A stretch of DNA of 64,000 nucleotides from Lachnospiraceae bacterium (GCA_009774615.1 VSOC01000002.1:24003-88002); one strand, 5' to 3'. Counted from the first letter of the stretch, positions 38,171 through 49,363 are shown. Numbers and translations: made by a program. Notes: generated by a model from the sequence alone, not told the origin.

Positions 38171-39490
38171 ATGAAAAAGGTAGTTAAGTTTGGCGGGAGT
38201 TCTTTAGCCAGTGCAAGACAGTTTAAAAAAGTGGGTGATATTATCCGCGCCGATAAAGCAAGACGTTACGTCGTTCCTTCCGCGCCCGGAAAGCGCAATG
38301 ATAAGGATGAAAAAGTAACCGATTTATTATACCAGTGTTACGACGCCGCCTCCGAGGGAAGGAGCTATAAGAAAATCCTGGAAAAGATTAAAACCCGCTA
38401 TGAAGAGATTATCGAGGGCCTGGAGGTGAATTTAAGCCTGGATCATGAGTTTGCCAGAATCGAGGAAAACTTTGTCAATAAAGCCGGGCGGGATTACGCA
38501 GCTTCCCGCGGCGAGTACTTAAACGGCATCATTATGGCGGCCTATCTTGGCTATGAATTTATCGACCCCGCGGAGGCTGTTTTCTTTGACAATGACGGGA
38601 ATTTTGATGCGGAAGCGACCGATAAGGAGCTTGCCGAGCGCTTAGAACATGTGGAGCGGGCAGTTATCCCCGGCTTTTACGGTGCAAAGCACGACGGAAG
38701 TATTAAGACCTTCTCCCGCGGCGGTTCCGATGTTACCGGTTCGATTGTAGCCAAGGCTATTCACGCCGATATGTATGAAAACTGGACGGATGTTTCCGGC
38801 TTTCTGGTTGCCGATCCGCGGATTATTAAAGATCCTGAGGTGATTGAAACCATTACCTATAAAGAACTTCGTGAACTGGCCTACATGGGCGCAAGCGTGC
38901 TTCACGAGGATGCGATTTTCCCCGTGCGCAAGGAAGGCATCCCCATCAACATCCGCAATACCAACCGCCCGGACGATAAGGGAACCTTAATTGTGGAAAG
39001 CACCTGCCGAAAGCCGCGCTATACCATCACCGGTATTGCAGGAAAGAAGGGTTTTTGTTCCATCAATATTGAAAAAGCCATGATGAATGCCGAGGTTGGT
39101 TTTGGAAGAAAGGTTCTTGAGGTATTTGAGCGCAATGGAATCTCTTTTGAGCACATGCCTTCGGGAATCGATACCATGACTGTTTTGGTGCACCAGTCCG
39201 AATTTGAAGATTATGAACAGTCCGTGATTGCCGGAATCCACCGCGCCGTGGAGCCGGATTTTGTGGAGATGGAGTCGGATTTGGCACTGATTGCCGTGGT
39301 GGGAAGGGGAATGAAGGCTTCCCGCGGAACCGCCGGACGGATATTTTCGGCATTGGCGCACGCCAGAATCAATGTAAAGATGATTGACCAGGGTTCAAGT
39401 GAACTGAACATTATTATTGGTGTGAAGGATGCCGATTTTGAAACGGCAATCAAGGCGATTTATGATATCTTTGTAAGTGCGGAGATGTAA
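38171..39490 (+). CDS. Aspartate kinase
   Basis: VVKFGGSS, SRGGSD, WTDVSG..ADPR, C-terminal ACT domains. Confidence 0.95.
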   Translation: MKKVVKFGGSSLASARQFKKVGDIIRADKARRYVVPSAPGKRNDKDEKVTDLLYQCYDAASEGRSYKKILEKIKTRYEEIIEGLEVNLSLDHEFARIEENFVNKAGRDYAASRGEYLNGIIMAAYLGYEFIDPAEAVFFDNDGNFDAEATDKELAERLEHVERAVIPGFYGAKHDGSIKTFSRGGSDVTGSIVAKAIHADMYENWTDVSGFLVADPRIIKDPEVIETITYKELRELAYMGASVLHEDAIFPVRKEGIPINIRNTNRPDDKGTLIVESTCRKPRYTITGIAGKKGFCSINIEKAMMNAEVGFGRKVLEVFERNGISFEHMPSGIDTMTVLVHQSEFEDYEQSVIAGIHRAVEPDFVEMESDLALIAVVGRGMKASRGTAGRIFSALAHARINVKMIDQGSSELNIIIGVKDADFETAIKAIYDIFVSAEM

Positions 39491-39510
39491 GTTTTTGTAA
39501 AATCACAGGA

Positions 39511-39548
39511 AAAAGCAGGGCAGAGGAGTTTGTTTGTCCTGTTTTTTT
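39511..39548 (+). terminator. Rho-independent terminator
   Basis: AAAAGCAGGGCAGA...TTTGTCCTGTTTTTTT. Confidence 0.65.
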
Positions 39549-39744
39549 CTTCCTGATTTTTTCCGCGTTCTTCTCCAGATTTAATTGGATGTTTTCAGGA
39601 AATTTTCTCCGAAATTTTCCCGAAAATTCTCAATTTCACCTACCATTTTCTGGCAGATTGTGTTATGATAGAAGGTATAGAATTTCTGAAAAAACAGAAA
39701 ATAGCACTAAGAAAAGCAGTTCGGAAGTATTGGCAGCATGAAGG

Positions 39745-39770
39745 GTTGCTGTTCACACGTTCACAGTGAC
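39745..39770 (+). mobile_element. 26-bp minimal GTTAC element
   Basis: GTTGCTGTTCACACGTTCACAGTGAC, 23/26 identical to 29267-92. Flanks CATGAAGG and CTTGAAGT (6/8). Confidence 0.7.
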
Positions 39771-39819
39771 CTTGAAGTTATTATCATCAGGCTACAGCAA
39801 GCAAAAGGAGGATATGAGA

Positions 39820-41331
39820 ATGCTGGAAAAAATTGATTTGTCGGTGAAGGTGAAGAAGGAAAAGTACAAGGAAGCCATGGAAGAGATGGAGGCGAAGCTT
39901 GGTCTGCTCCAGCGCCAGTGCAAGGAAGCAGGGATTCCTGTGATGATCCTGTTCGAGGGAATGGGAGCTGCGGGAAAGGGTGTGCAGATTAACCGTCTGA
40001 TTCAGGCCATGGACCCCAGAGGCTTTTCGGTTTACGCCAGCAACCGTCCTACGGAGGAGGAACATTTCCGTCCGTTCTTGTGGCGTTTCTGGACAAAGAC
40101 ACCGGCAAATGGCAGGACGGCGATTTATGACCGCGGCTGGTACCGCAGCGTGCAGGTCGATCGCTTTGACGGAGAGATGAGCGAAACGGAGGTTGTAAAA
40201 GCCTTTCAGGATATTTTGTCGTTTGAAAAGCAGCTTTCCGACGGCGGAACCGTGATTATAAAACTGTTCCTCTATATTTCCAAAGAAGAGCAGAAAAAGC
40301 GCTTTAAGAAGCTGGCAGACTCCAAGGAAACCGCATGGAGGGTGAGCGAGTCCGACTGGAACCGGAATAAGGAGTATGAAAAGTATCTTCGGATTAATGA
40401 AGAAATGCTGGAAAAAACCGATACGGAACACGCACCCTGGACGATTATCGAGGCGACCGATAAGAACTATGCCGCGATGAAAATTATGTCCACCGTGACC
40501 AGCCGTCTGGAATACGAACTGGAAAAGAAAAAGGCAGAAAAAGCAGCAGCCAAGGCATCCGCGAAAAAGACCGTGCCTTCGGATAAATATAAAAACGGCG
40601 TTCTCTCCGGCGTGGACTTATCAAAGAAGCTGACCAGAAACCAGTATAAAAAGGAACTGGATGAACTGCAAAAGCGCCTTCAGATTCTTCACAGTGAAAT
40701 TTACCGTCTGCGGATTCCGGTTGTTCTGGGTTTTGAGGGCTGGGATGCCGGAGGAAAGGGCGGTGCGATAAAGCGTCTTACCAGCAACCTTGACCCCAGA
40801 GGCTACCAGGTAAACCCAACCGCTTCCCCCAACGACATTGAAAAAGTCCATCATTATCTCTGGCGTTTCTGGAACAATGTACCCAAGGCCGGACACATCG
40901 CCATCTTTGACCGCACCTGGTACGGTCGGGTAATGGTAGAGCGGATCGAAGGCTTTTGTACCGAAGCCGACTGGAAGCGGGCCTACCAGGAAATTAATGA
41001 GATGGAAGCCCATATGGCAAATGCCGGGGCCGTGGTATTAAAGTTCTGGCTGCACATTGACAAGGACGAGCAGGAGCGCCGTTTCAAAGAAAGAATGGAA
41101 AACCCCGCCAAGCAGTGGAAGATCACCGACGAGGACTGGCGCAACCGTGAGAAATGGGATTTATACGAAGAAGCCGTAAACGAGATGCTGGTCCGCACCT
41201 CCACCACCTACGCACCATGGATTGTCGTTGAGGGCAATGACAAGCTCTATGCCCGCGTAAAAGTCGTAAAAACCGTGGTTGAGGCATTGGAGAAAAAAAT
41301 TAAAGAAGTAAAGAAAGAACAGAAAAAGTGA
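39820..41331 (+). CDS. pap: Polyphosphate:AMP phosphotransferase (two-domain PPK2)
   Basis: Two PPK2 domains: FEGMGAAGKG...DRGWY and FEGWDAGGKGG...FDRTWYGRV. Confidence 0.92.
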   Translation: MLEKIDLSVKVKKEKYKEAMEEMEAKLGLLQRQCKEAGIPVMILFEGMGAAGKGVQINRLIQAMDPRGFSVYASNRPTEEEHFRPFLWRFWTKTPANGRTAIYDRGWYRSVQVDRFDGEMSETEVVKAFQDILSFEKQLSDGGTVIIKLFLYISKEEQKKRFKKLADSKETAWRVSESDWNRNKEYEKYLRINEEMLEKTDTEHAPWTIIEATDKNYAAMKIMSTVTSRLEYELEKKKAEKAAAKASAKKTVPSDKYKNGVLSGVDLSKKLTRNQYKKELDELQKRLQILHSEIYRLRIPVVLGFEGWDAGGKGGAIKRLTSNLDPRGYQVNPTASPNDIEKVHHYLWRFWNNVPKAGHIAIFDRTWYGRVMVERIEGFCTEADWKRAYQEINEMEAHMANAGAVVLKFWLHIDKDEQERRFKERMENPAKQWKITDEDWRNREKWDLYEEAVNEMLVRTSTTYAPWIVVEGNDKLYARVKVVKTVVEALEKKIKEVKKEQKK

Positions 41332-42614
41332 GCCGGGTTATTGTTGTCGGCGGCGGCCCCGCAGGGATGATGGCTGCCTGGGCTGCCGCAGCCAAAGGCC
41401 ATAAGGTCATGCTTCTGGAAAAAAACGAAAAACTGGGAAAAAAGCTGTTTATCACCGGAAAAGGCCGCTGCAACGTAACGAATGCCTGCTCCGCAGAAGA
41501 ATTTTTTTCCAAAATCGTCACCAACCCGAAATTCCTCTACAGCAGCTTTTCCCAGTTCACCAGCCAGGAAGTAATGGACTTTTTTACCCATAACGGCTGC
41601 CCGTTAAAAACCGAGCGGGGAAACCGTGTATTTCCTGTATCCGATAAATCCTCCGACATTCTCCGAACCATGGAACGCGCACTTTCCCAGGCCGGCGTTC
41701 AGATTTTTCTTCACACAGAGGTTCTGGAACTTCTGATAGAAAAAGAGGATGCACAAGCAAAATCCTGTATCGGAGTGAAAGCCAAAAGCCAGGGAAAAAT
41801 CCGGGAAGAAAAAGCCGATGCGGTCATCGTTGCCGCCGGAGGCTGTTCCTATCCCTCCACAGGTTCCACCGGAGATGGCTGGATATTTGCCGAAAGTGCA
41901 GGACACACGATAAACTCTCCGGTCCCCGCACTGGTTCCGCTGCTCTTAAAAGAAGAGGAAGCTAAAGAACTCCAGGGCCTGTCCCTGAAAAATATTGAAA
42001 TCCGCGTTATGCAGGGAAAAAAAGAAAAATACAGAGAATTCGGCGAAATGCTCTTTACCCATTTCGGCGCAAGCGGCCCTGTGATACTTTCCGCAAGCAG
42101 TTTCGTCGCCAAGGAAATCCGCCGGAAAAAGAATAAAGATAAAACAGAAAAAGATACCGCTTTTCTAACCCTGCTTATCGATCTAAAGCCCGCGCTGACC
42201 GCAGAACAGCTTGACACCCGGATTCTCAGGGATTTTGAGGGAGAAAAAAATAAACAATTTAAAAATTCTCTTTCCCGCCTATTGCCGGCAAAGCTGATTC
42301 CTGTTATGATAAGGAGAAGTCAGATCCCGCCGGAAAAGCAGGTAAACGAAATAACCAGGGAGGAACGCCGCCATCTGGCCCAGGCGATAAAAGAATTTTC
42401 CTTCACTATTACAGGAACGCGAAGCTTCACCGAAGCCATTATTACCCAGGGCGGTCTGTCCGTAAAAGAGATTAACCCGTCAACCATGGAATCCAAAAAG
42501 GCAAAACATCTTTACTTTGCCGGAGAAATGTTGGATACCGATGCCGTCACCGGCGGCTATAATCTCCAAATTGCCTGGTCAACGGGCTGGACCGCAGGAA
42601 ATGCGGTTCCATAA
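41328..42614 (+). CDS. HI0933/YhiN-family flavoprotein oxidoreductase
   Basis: GGGPAG, TGKGRCNVTN, GEMLFTHFG.SGP, GGYNLQIAWSTG. Confidence 0.92.
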   Translation: MSRVIVVGGGPAGMMAAWAAAAKGHKVMLLEKNEKLGKKLFITGKGRCNVTNACSAEEFFSKIVTNPKFLYSSFSQFTSQEVMDFFTHNGCPLKTERGNRVFPVSDKSSDILRTMERALSQAGVQIFLHTEVLELLIEKEDAQAKSCIGVKAKSQGKIREEKADAVIVAAGGCSYPSTGSTGDGWIFAESAGHTINSPVPALVPLLLKEEEAKELQGLSLKNIEIRVMQGKKEKYREFGEMLFTHFGASGPVILSASSFVAKEIRRKKNKDKTEKDTAFLTLLIDLKPALTAEQLDTRILRDFEGEKNKQFKNSLSRLLPAKLIPVMIRRSQIPPEKQVNEITREERRHLAQAIKEFSFTITGTRSFTEAIITQGGLSVKEINPSTMESKKAKHLYFAGEMLDTDAVTGGYNLQIAWSTGWTAGNAVP

Positions 42615-42653
42615 AAAAACTTAATAAAAAGCAGAAATCGAGGACACTAACCC

Positions 42654-43349
42654 ATGCAGCATTTTACCATTGCCATCGACGGCCCTGCAGGCGCAGGAAA
42701 AAGCACCATTGCCAAAGCCGTTGCCGCCAGGCTAAATTTTATCTATGTAGACACCGGCGCTATGTACCGCGCCATGGCCTTGTATTTTGTCCGGGAAGGC
42801 TTTACTTCCTTCAACGACGAATCAGCTCTTCAATCTATCTGTGCCCAGGCCCAAATCACCATACGCTATGAGGAAGGCACACAGCAGGTGATATTAAACG
42901 GTGAGAATGTTTCCTCACTCATCCGCACCGAAGAAGTGGGAAAACAGGCATCCATTATTTCTTCCTACCTTCCCGTGCGCCAAAAGCTTGTTGAACTTCA
43001 GCAGCAGTTAGCCAGGGAAGCGAATGTTATCATGGACGGCCGTGACATCGGAACCTGTGTGCTTCCCAAAGCCCAGGCAAAGATTTACCTGACTGCCAGC
43101 GCCAAAGTCCGTGCCTGCCGACGCTTCCAGGAATTAAAGGCCAAGGGCCAGGAGTGCAGCCTTGAAGAAATCCAAAAAGAGATTGAGGATAGGGATTACC
43201 GCGACATGCACCGCGAACATTCTCCGCTGACCCAGGCCGAGGATGCCGTGCTGGTGGATACGTCGGCGATGACGATTGCGCAGGTGATTGACCGGATTAT
43301 CCAGATTGCCGGGGAAAAAGGACTGCATGAGGATAATTTATGGAAGTAA
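42654..43349 (+). CDS. cmk: Cytidylate kinase
   Basis: IAIDGPAGAGKST, DTGAMYR, MDGRDIGT. Confidence 0.96.
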   Translation: MQHFTIAIDGPAGAGKSTIAKAVAARLNFIYVDTGAMYRAMALYFVREGFTSFNDESALQSICAQAQITIRYEEGTQQVILNGENVSSLIRTEEVGKQASIISSYLPVRQKLVELQQQLAREANVIMDGRDIGTCVLPKAQAKIYLTASAKVRACRRFQELKAKGQECSLEEIQKEIEDRDYRDMHREHSPLTQAEDAVLVDTSAMTIAQVIDRIIQIAGEKGLHEDNLWK

Positions 43350-44197
43350 TCGTAGCAAAGACTGCCGGGTTTTGTTTCGGCGTGGAGCGGGCCGTGAATA
43401 AGGTTTATGAACAGATAGAAAAAACCAGTCAGCCGATTTACACCTACGGTCCCATTATTCACAACGAAGAAGTGGTTAAAGATCTGGAAGCAAAGGGCGT
43501 TAAGCTTATCGCCGACCGGAAAGAATTGGAAGCCTTAACGGAGGGCGAGGGAGTCATCATTATCCGATCCCACGGTGTCAGCCGCGAAGTCTATGAAATA
43601 GCCGAAAAAAAAGGACTGACGATCGTAGACGCCACCTGCCCCTTCGTAAAAAAGATTCACCGCCTTGTGGAGCGGGAATGTGCCGCCGGAAATCAGGTGG
43701 TAATTATTGGAAATGAGCAGCATCCAGAGGTTGAAGGCATTAAAGGCTGGGGAGATGCACATACTGTAGTTATACAAACACCGGAGGAAGTGGAAGATTT
43801 CGTCCCAAAAGCGGGCGCTAAACTGTCCATTGTATCCCAGACGACATTTAATTACAATAATTTTAAAGAATTAGTTGAAAAATTTTTCAAAAAGGGTTAT
43901 GATATACTTGTTTTAAATACGATTTGCAATGCAACACAGGAAAGACAGGTGGAGGCAAAGGAAATCGCTTCGAAAGTGGATGCCATGATTGTGATTGGCG
44001 GAAAAAACAGTTCCAACACCCAGAAGCTGTATGAAATTTGTCTTAAGGAATGTAAACATACTTATTATATCCAGACGCTGGGCGATTTCGATCCTGAAAG
44101 TGTAAATTCTGTGCGCAACGTAGGTATTACAGCAGGGGCGTCAACCCCGAAAAACATTATTGAGGAGGTTCATGCTAATGTCAGAGCAAAGTTTTGA
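43340..44197 (+). CDS. ispH: 4-hydroxy-3-methylbut-2-enyl diphosphate reductase
   Basis: GFCFGV, IIHN, DATCPFV, TICNAT, SSNT, TAGASTP. Confidence 0.96.
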   Translation: MEVIVAKTAGFCFGVERAVNKVYEQIEKTSQPIYTYGPIIHNEEVVKDLEAKGVKLIADRKELEALTEGEGVIIIRSHGVSREVYEIAEKKGLTIVDATCPFVKKIHRLVERECAAGNQVVIIGNEQHPEVEGIKGWGDAHTVVIQTPEEVEDFVPKAGAKLSIVSQTTFNYNNFKELVEKFFKKGYDILVLNTICNATQERQVEAKEIASKVDAMIVIGGKNSSNTQKLYEICLKECKHTYYIQTLGDFDPESVNSVRNVGITAGASTPKNIIEEVHANVRAKF

Positions 44198-45302
44198 ACA
44201 AATGTTAGAGGAGTCATTTAAGACAATACGTACAGGAGAGGTAGTCACTGGTAAGGTTATCGATGTGAAAGAAGATGAAATCGTCTTGAATATTGGTTAC
44301 AAATCCGACGGTATTATTACCCGAAGTGAATATACAAATGAGCCGAATGTTGACCTGACCTCTTTTGTACAGGTGGGCGAAGAGATGGAAGCCAAGGTAA
44401 TTAAGGTAAACGACGGTGAAGGCCAGGTTGCTCTTTCTTATAAGAGATTGGCAGCTGACCGCGGAAACAAGCGCTTAGAGGAAGCATTTAACAACCAGGA
44501 AGTCCTGACGGCAAAGGTTGTTCAGGTGCTTGACGGCGGTTTAAGCGTTATGCTGGAAGAAACCAGAATCTTTATTCCTGCGAGCCTGGTATCGGATATG
44601 TATGAGAAGGATTTATCCAAGTACGCCGGTCAGGAGATTGAATTTGTTATCACCGAATTTAACCCGAGAAGACGCCGGGTGATCGGTGACAGAAAGCAGC
44701 TGATGGTTGCCAGAAAGGCAGCGATGCAGAAGGAACTGTTTGAGCGGATTGCCGTTGGCGATACCGTAGAAGGCACGATTAAGAATGTTACCGATTTTGG
44801 CGCATTTATTGACCTGGGCGGAGCTGACGGGCTGCTGCACATTTCCGAGATGAGCTGGGGCCGCGTGGAGAACCCGAAAAAGGTGTTTAAGAGCGGCGAT
44901 ACCCTGAAAGTTCTGATTAAAGATATCCAGGGTGAGAAGATTGCCTTAAGCTTAAAGTTCCCGGAAGCAAATCCGTGGGCGAACGCTGCGGAGAAATATG
45001 CCGCAGGGAATGTCGTATCCGGCCGCGTTGCACGGATGACCGATTTTGGTGCATTCGTAGAGTTAGAGCCGGGCGTGGATGCCCTGCTTCATGTATCGCA
45101 GATTTCCAGAGATCATGTAGATAAGCCTGCCGACGTATTAAAGATTGGTCAGGAAATCGAAGCTAAGATTGTGGACTTTAATGAGGCCGATCATAAGATC
45201 AGCTTAAGCATTAAGGCATTGGCTGTTCCCGCCAGAGAAGCTGAGGCGGACGAAGATGTGGCTGATGTTGATATTGAGGCTATGGCGAACACAGAAGAAT
45301 AA
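44178..45302 (+). CDS. rpsA: Ribosomal protein S1 (four S1 domains)
   Basis: Repeated S1 motifs (FGAFIDLGGADGLLHISE, FGAFVEL..DALLHVSQ). Own GGAGG RBS inside ispH. Confidence 0.95.
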   Translation: MSEQSFEQMLEESFKTIRTGEVVTGKVIDVKEDEIVLNIGYKSDGIITRSEYTNEPNVDLTSFVQVGEEMEAKVIKVNDGEGQVALSYKRLAADRGNKRLEEAFNNQEVLTAKVVQVLDGGLSVMLEETRIFIPASLVSDMYEKDLSKYAGQEIEFVITEFNPRRRRVIGDRKQLMVARKAAMQKELFERIAVGDTVEGTIKNVTDFGAFIDLGGADGLLHISEMSWGRVENPKKVFKSGDTLKVLIKDIQGEKIALSLKFPEANPWANAAEKYAAGNVVSGRVARMTDFGAFVELEPGVDALLHVSQISRDHVDKPADVLKIGQEIEAKIVDFNEADHKISLSIKALAVPAREAEADEDVADVDIEAMANTEE

Positions 45303-45349
45303 TTGATGCAAATCGAAAAATATTGATGATAACATGTGCACAGATAATG

Positions 45350-45388
45350 GAGAATCTCTTCCGGGAACTGGGGGAGATTCTCTTTTTT
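45350..45388 (+). terminator. Rho-independent terminator
   Basis: GAGAATCTCTTCCGG-GAA-CTGGGGGAGATTCTCTTTTTT. Confidence 0.85.
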
Positions 45389-45446
45389 CTCAGGTGCAGT
45401 GCAAGATAAACGAAAAGATGAATGAAGAAAGGAAGGAACGGCGCTG

Positions 45447-46244
45447 ATGGAAAAAGATATTCTGCTGTTTGACCTGGATGGTACGCTGACCGATCCTATG
45501 GTGGGAATTACGAAGTCGGTGCAGTATGCGCTTCGCCATTATGGAATTATCGAAGAGGATCTTACCAGGCTGATTCCCTTTATCGGGCCGCCGCTTCGGG
45601 ACAGCTTTCAGAAATACTATGGATTTTCAAAGGAGCAGGCAGGCGAAGGAGTTTTGGTTTACCGGGAATATTTCAGCGAAAAAGGGATTTTTGAGAATAA
45701 AGAGATTCCGGGAATCCGGGAAATGCTGGAGGTATTAAGCGCACAGGGGAAGAAGCTTTATGTGGCAACCTCAAAGCCGGAGGTGTATGCAAGGAAAATT
45801 TTAGAGCATTTTTCGCTGGATCATTTCTTTCGCTTTATCGGCGGGGCAGATTTTGAGGAAACAAGGGTGAATAAAGCTGCCGTGATCTGCTATGTTCTGG
45901 AAGAGGCAGGATTGGGCGGTGCGGGTAAAAAAACGGCTGATGTGATCGAAAGGGCAGAAGGAGCAAAAAGAACGGAAGAAACAGAAGGGACAGACAATAC
46001 AGAAAGGACAGATAAGGCAGAAAGAACAGACAACGCAGAAAGGACAGAACCAGGGAAGAAAAGAATCGTGATGATTGGGGACAGGGAGCACGATATTATT
46101 GGGGCAAAGGAAAACGAGATACAGAGCGTTGGGGTTTTGTTCGGTTATGGAAGCCGCAGGGAACTTAAAGAAGCCGGAGCTGATCGGATTGCGGAAACGG
46201 TTAAAGATTTGACCGATATTTTACGGATGGATTGGGGCGATTAA
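45447..46244 (+). CDS. HAD-family phosphatase (Gph/5'-nucleotidase-like) with a repeat insertion
   Basis: FDLDGTLTD, FIGPPL, ATSKP, MIGDREHDIIGA. 18-bp repeats at about 45948-46049. Confidence 0.9.
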   Translation: MEKDILLFDLDGTLTDPMVGITKSVQYALRHYGIIEEDLTRLIPFIGPPLRDSFQKYYGFSKEQAGEGVLVYREYFSEKGIFENKEIPGIREMLEVLSAQGKKLYVATSKPEVYARKILEHFSLDHFFRFIGGADFEETRVNKAAVICYVLEEAGLGGAGKKTADVIERAEGAKRTEETEGTDNTERTDKAERTDNAERTEPGKKRIVMIGDREHDIIGAKENEIQSVGVLFGYGSRRELKEAGADRIAETVKDLTDILRMDWGD

Positions 46245-46432
46245 TCAACTTATGGGAAAATATGTAAAAACAAGAACAAAATCTGGAATAAAATGGATTT
46301 TGAAACAAAATTTTCCGATTTTCTAGGGCGATATACCGCAGTATAACCGACAATTATCGCAGCTATTCTTTTTATTCATTTGACAAATGGGGGTTCTGTT
46401 GCTATCATAGGGATATTGATAAGCGATAATTT

Positions 46433-46486
46433 GCTAATGTTCATACGGCCAGTGCAGCAGGTACGCAGACCTATGTGAACAGTAAC
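46433..46486 (+). mobile_element. 54-bp internally deleted GTTAC element in the ilvN leader
   Basis: Right end GTACGCAGACCTATGTGAACAGTAAC matches 29373-98. Degenerate left end GCTAATGTTCATA. Flanks GATAATTT and AATAACTT (6/8). Confidence 0.7.
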
Positions 46487-46524
46487 AATAACTTACTTAT
46501 ATAAAAGGAATAAAGGCGAGTGAT

Positions 46525-47034
46525 ATGATGAATGATAATCGAATTGTATTATCCCTGCTGGTCGATAATACGGCAGGTGTGCTGGCACGGGTTGCAGGGC
46601 TGTTCAGCCGCCGGGGCTATAATATTGAAAGCCTTACGGTGGGTGTGACCGCAGATCCGCGCTATTCCCGGATGACGGTGGTTTCTCTGGGTGATCACGA
46701 GGTCTTGGTGCAGATTGAAAACCAGCTGCGCAAGCTTGAGGATGTCCGGGATATCAAGGAACTTCCGGCAGGACGTTCGGTTTACCGGGAACTGATTATG
46801 GTGAAGGTTCGGGCAGATGCCAGCCAGCGCCAGGCGGTGAACGCGATTGCCGATATTTTTCGTGCGACGATTGTGGATGTGGGAAAAGATTCCCTGACCG
46901 TTATGCTTACCGGAGATCAGTCGAAACTGGATGCGCTGATTAATCTTTTGGAGGACTATGAGATCCTCGAACTGGCAAGGACGGGCCTTACAGGACTGGA
47001 GAGAGGGGCAGAAGATATCCGCTATCTCCCATAG
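46525..47034 (+). CDS. ilvN: Acetolactate synthase small (regulatory) subunit
   Basis: LVDNTAGVLARVAGLFSRRGYNIESL, ELARTG. TTGACA-N17-TATCAT promoter at 46380-46408. Confidence 0.95.
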   Translation: MMNDNRIVLSLLVDNTAGVLARVAGLFSRRGYNIESLTVGVTADPRYSRMTVVSLGDHEVLVQIENQLRKLEDVRDIKELPAGRSVYRELIMVKVRADASQRQAVNAIADIFRATIVDVGKDSLTVMLTGDQSKLDALINLLEDYEILELARTGLTGLERGAEDIRYLP

Positions 47035-47061
47035 TGTATGGTCTTGAACCTATAGAGATAA

Positions 47062-48108
<1,047 letters not shown>

Positions 48109-48117
48109 ATAACGACG

Positions 48118-48169
48118 AAAAAACCGCCGCAAGAAAAGATGGCTTTTCTGGTCTTTTCGGGCGGTTTTT
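48118..48169. terminator. Bidirectional terminator
   Basis: AAAAACCGCC...GGCGGTTTTT between convergent ilvC and lysR. Confidence 0.7.
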
Positions 48170-48242
48170 GTACTTCCTGTTTTATTTTGTGTTATTTGGC
48201 GAAATGTAAATATGTCAGAACATTAGGCTCTTATGCAGCATT

Positions 48243-49124
48243 CTAATACAAAAACTCTAAAAACGTCTTCAGTGCCATAGAGTGGTTAATCGGGCGGAAG
48301 GCAAAGCCGATGGTTCTCTTGGGGATGGGAACTTCCATGGGGATTTCCACCAGGCGTCCGGATTCCAGTTCTTTCTGCACCAGTTCTTTAATCACACAGG
48401 CAGCACCCAGGCCGATTTTTACAAATTCTATCAGCAGATCCATGGTGGTAACCTCCAGGATCTGCTTTGGTTCGATATGGGTTTCCTTTAAATATTCGTC
48501 CACATGGTGGCGGGTCATATTGTTCTGGTCTAAAAGCATGATATTTCCGCAGACAAATAAATCCGCGCCCGCTCCCTCCCTCTGGTAAAGATGGTGGAGG
48601 TACTGGCGGGTGGAAACAAAGATATCGCGGATATCCATGACCGGGATAAAGGAGAGGTCCGAGCGCAGGGAAGGTTCGGCAATCAGTCCCACATCCAGGG
48701 TGTGCTGTTCGAGCATGGTGATGGTTTTTGCCGTGGCCTGGCTTTCGATCATAATTTTTATATGGGGATACTGTTCAATAAAGTTCTTTAAATAAGGAAG
48801 AAGAATATATTTGCACAGCGTATTGCTCACCCCGATCCGAAGCTGGCCGATATTTAATTCTTTAATCCGCTTTAATTCCTGCTCCCCCTGATCTAAAACC
48901 TGGAAGGCTTCCTGGGTGTGTTTAAATAAGAGTTCACCTTCCGGCGTGAGCTGTACGCCCCGGGAACTTCGGGTAAATAAGGTGACTTGTAAACTGTCCT
49001 CAAGCTTGCTGATGGCCTTGCTGATGGCGGGCTGGCTGATATAGAGCTCTTTTGCCGCCTTGGAAATATTCCCTGCCTTGGCAACTTCGTAAAAAATTTT
49101 ATACTGGGAGAGATTTTGGTCCAT
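48243..49124 (-). CDS. LysR-family regulator divergent from leuCD
   Basis: NISKAAKELYISQPAISKAISKLE HTH. Clear paralogue of 32150..33025. Confidence 0.93.
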   Translation of the reverse strand: MDQNLSQYKIFYEVAKAGNISKAAKELYISQPAISKAISKLEDSLQVTLFTRSSRGVQLTPEGELLFKHTQEAFQVLDQGEQELKRIKELNIGQLRIGVSNTLCKYILLPYLKNFIEQYPHIKIMIESQATAKTITMLEQHTLDVGLIAEPSLRSDLSFIPVMDIRDIFVSTRQYLHHLYQREGAGADLFVCGNIMLLDQNNMTRHHVDEYLKETHIEPKQILEVTTMDLLIEFVKIGLGAACVIKELVQKELESGRLVEIPMEVPIPKRTIGFAFRPINHSMALKTFLEFLY

Positions 49125-49188
49125 GGATGCCTCCTCTTTGGGGTAGGGTAAGTGCTGCGGTAAATATGGGTGAATGGCAGTTGATAGA

Positions 49189-49226
49189 GTTACTCTTCAC
49201 GCAGGTCTGCACACCCGTCGCTGTGA
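49189..49226 (-). mobile_element. Degenerate fragment of the GTTAC element (right end)
   Basis: GTTACTCTTCACGCAGGTCTGCACAC resembles the reverse complement of the element's right end. The other end and the TSD are not recognisable. Confidence 0.55.
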
Positions 49227-49363
49227 ATCGCTGTCCTATAACTATATTTCATGGATTATATTCTTATTATGTATTTTTATTATAGCAGAATTTATGCTAA
49301 AATGTAAAGCGTGGAACAGAAATTTCAGAAAAATGATAATGGAAATTAAAGGAGGATAAATTT

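Noticed and set aside
40800..43300. Apparently more C-rich stretch than its neighbours
   Set aside because: An impression only, not quantified. The genes are syntenic housekeeping genes with no mobility signs.
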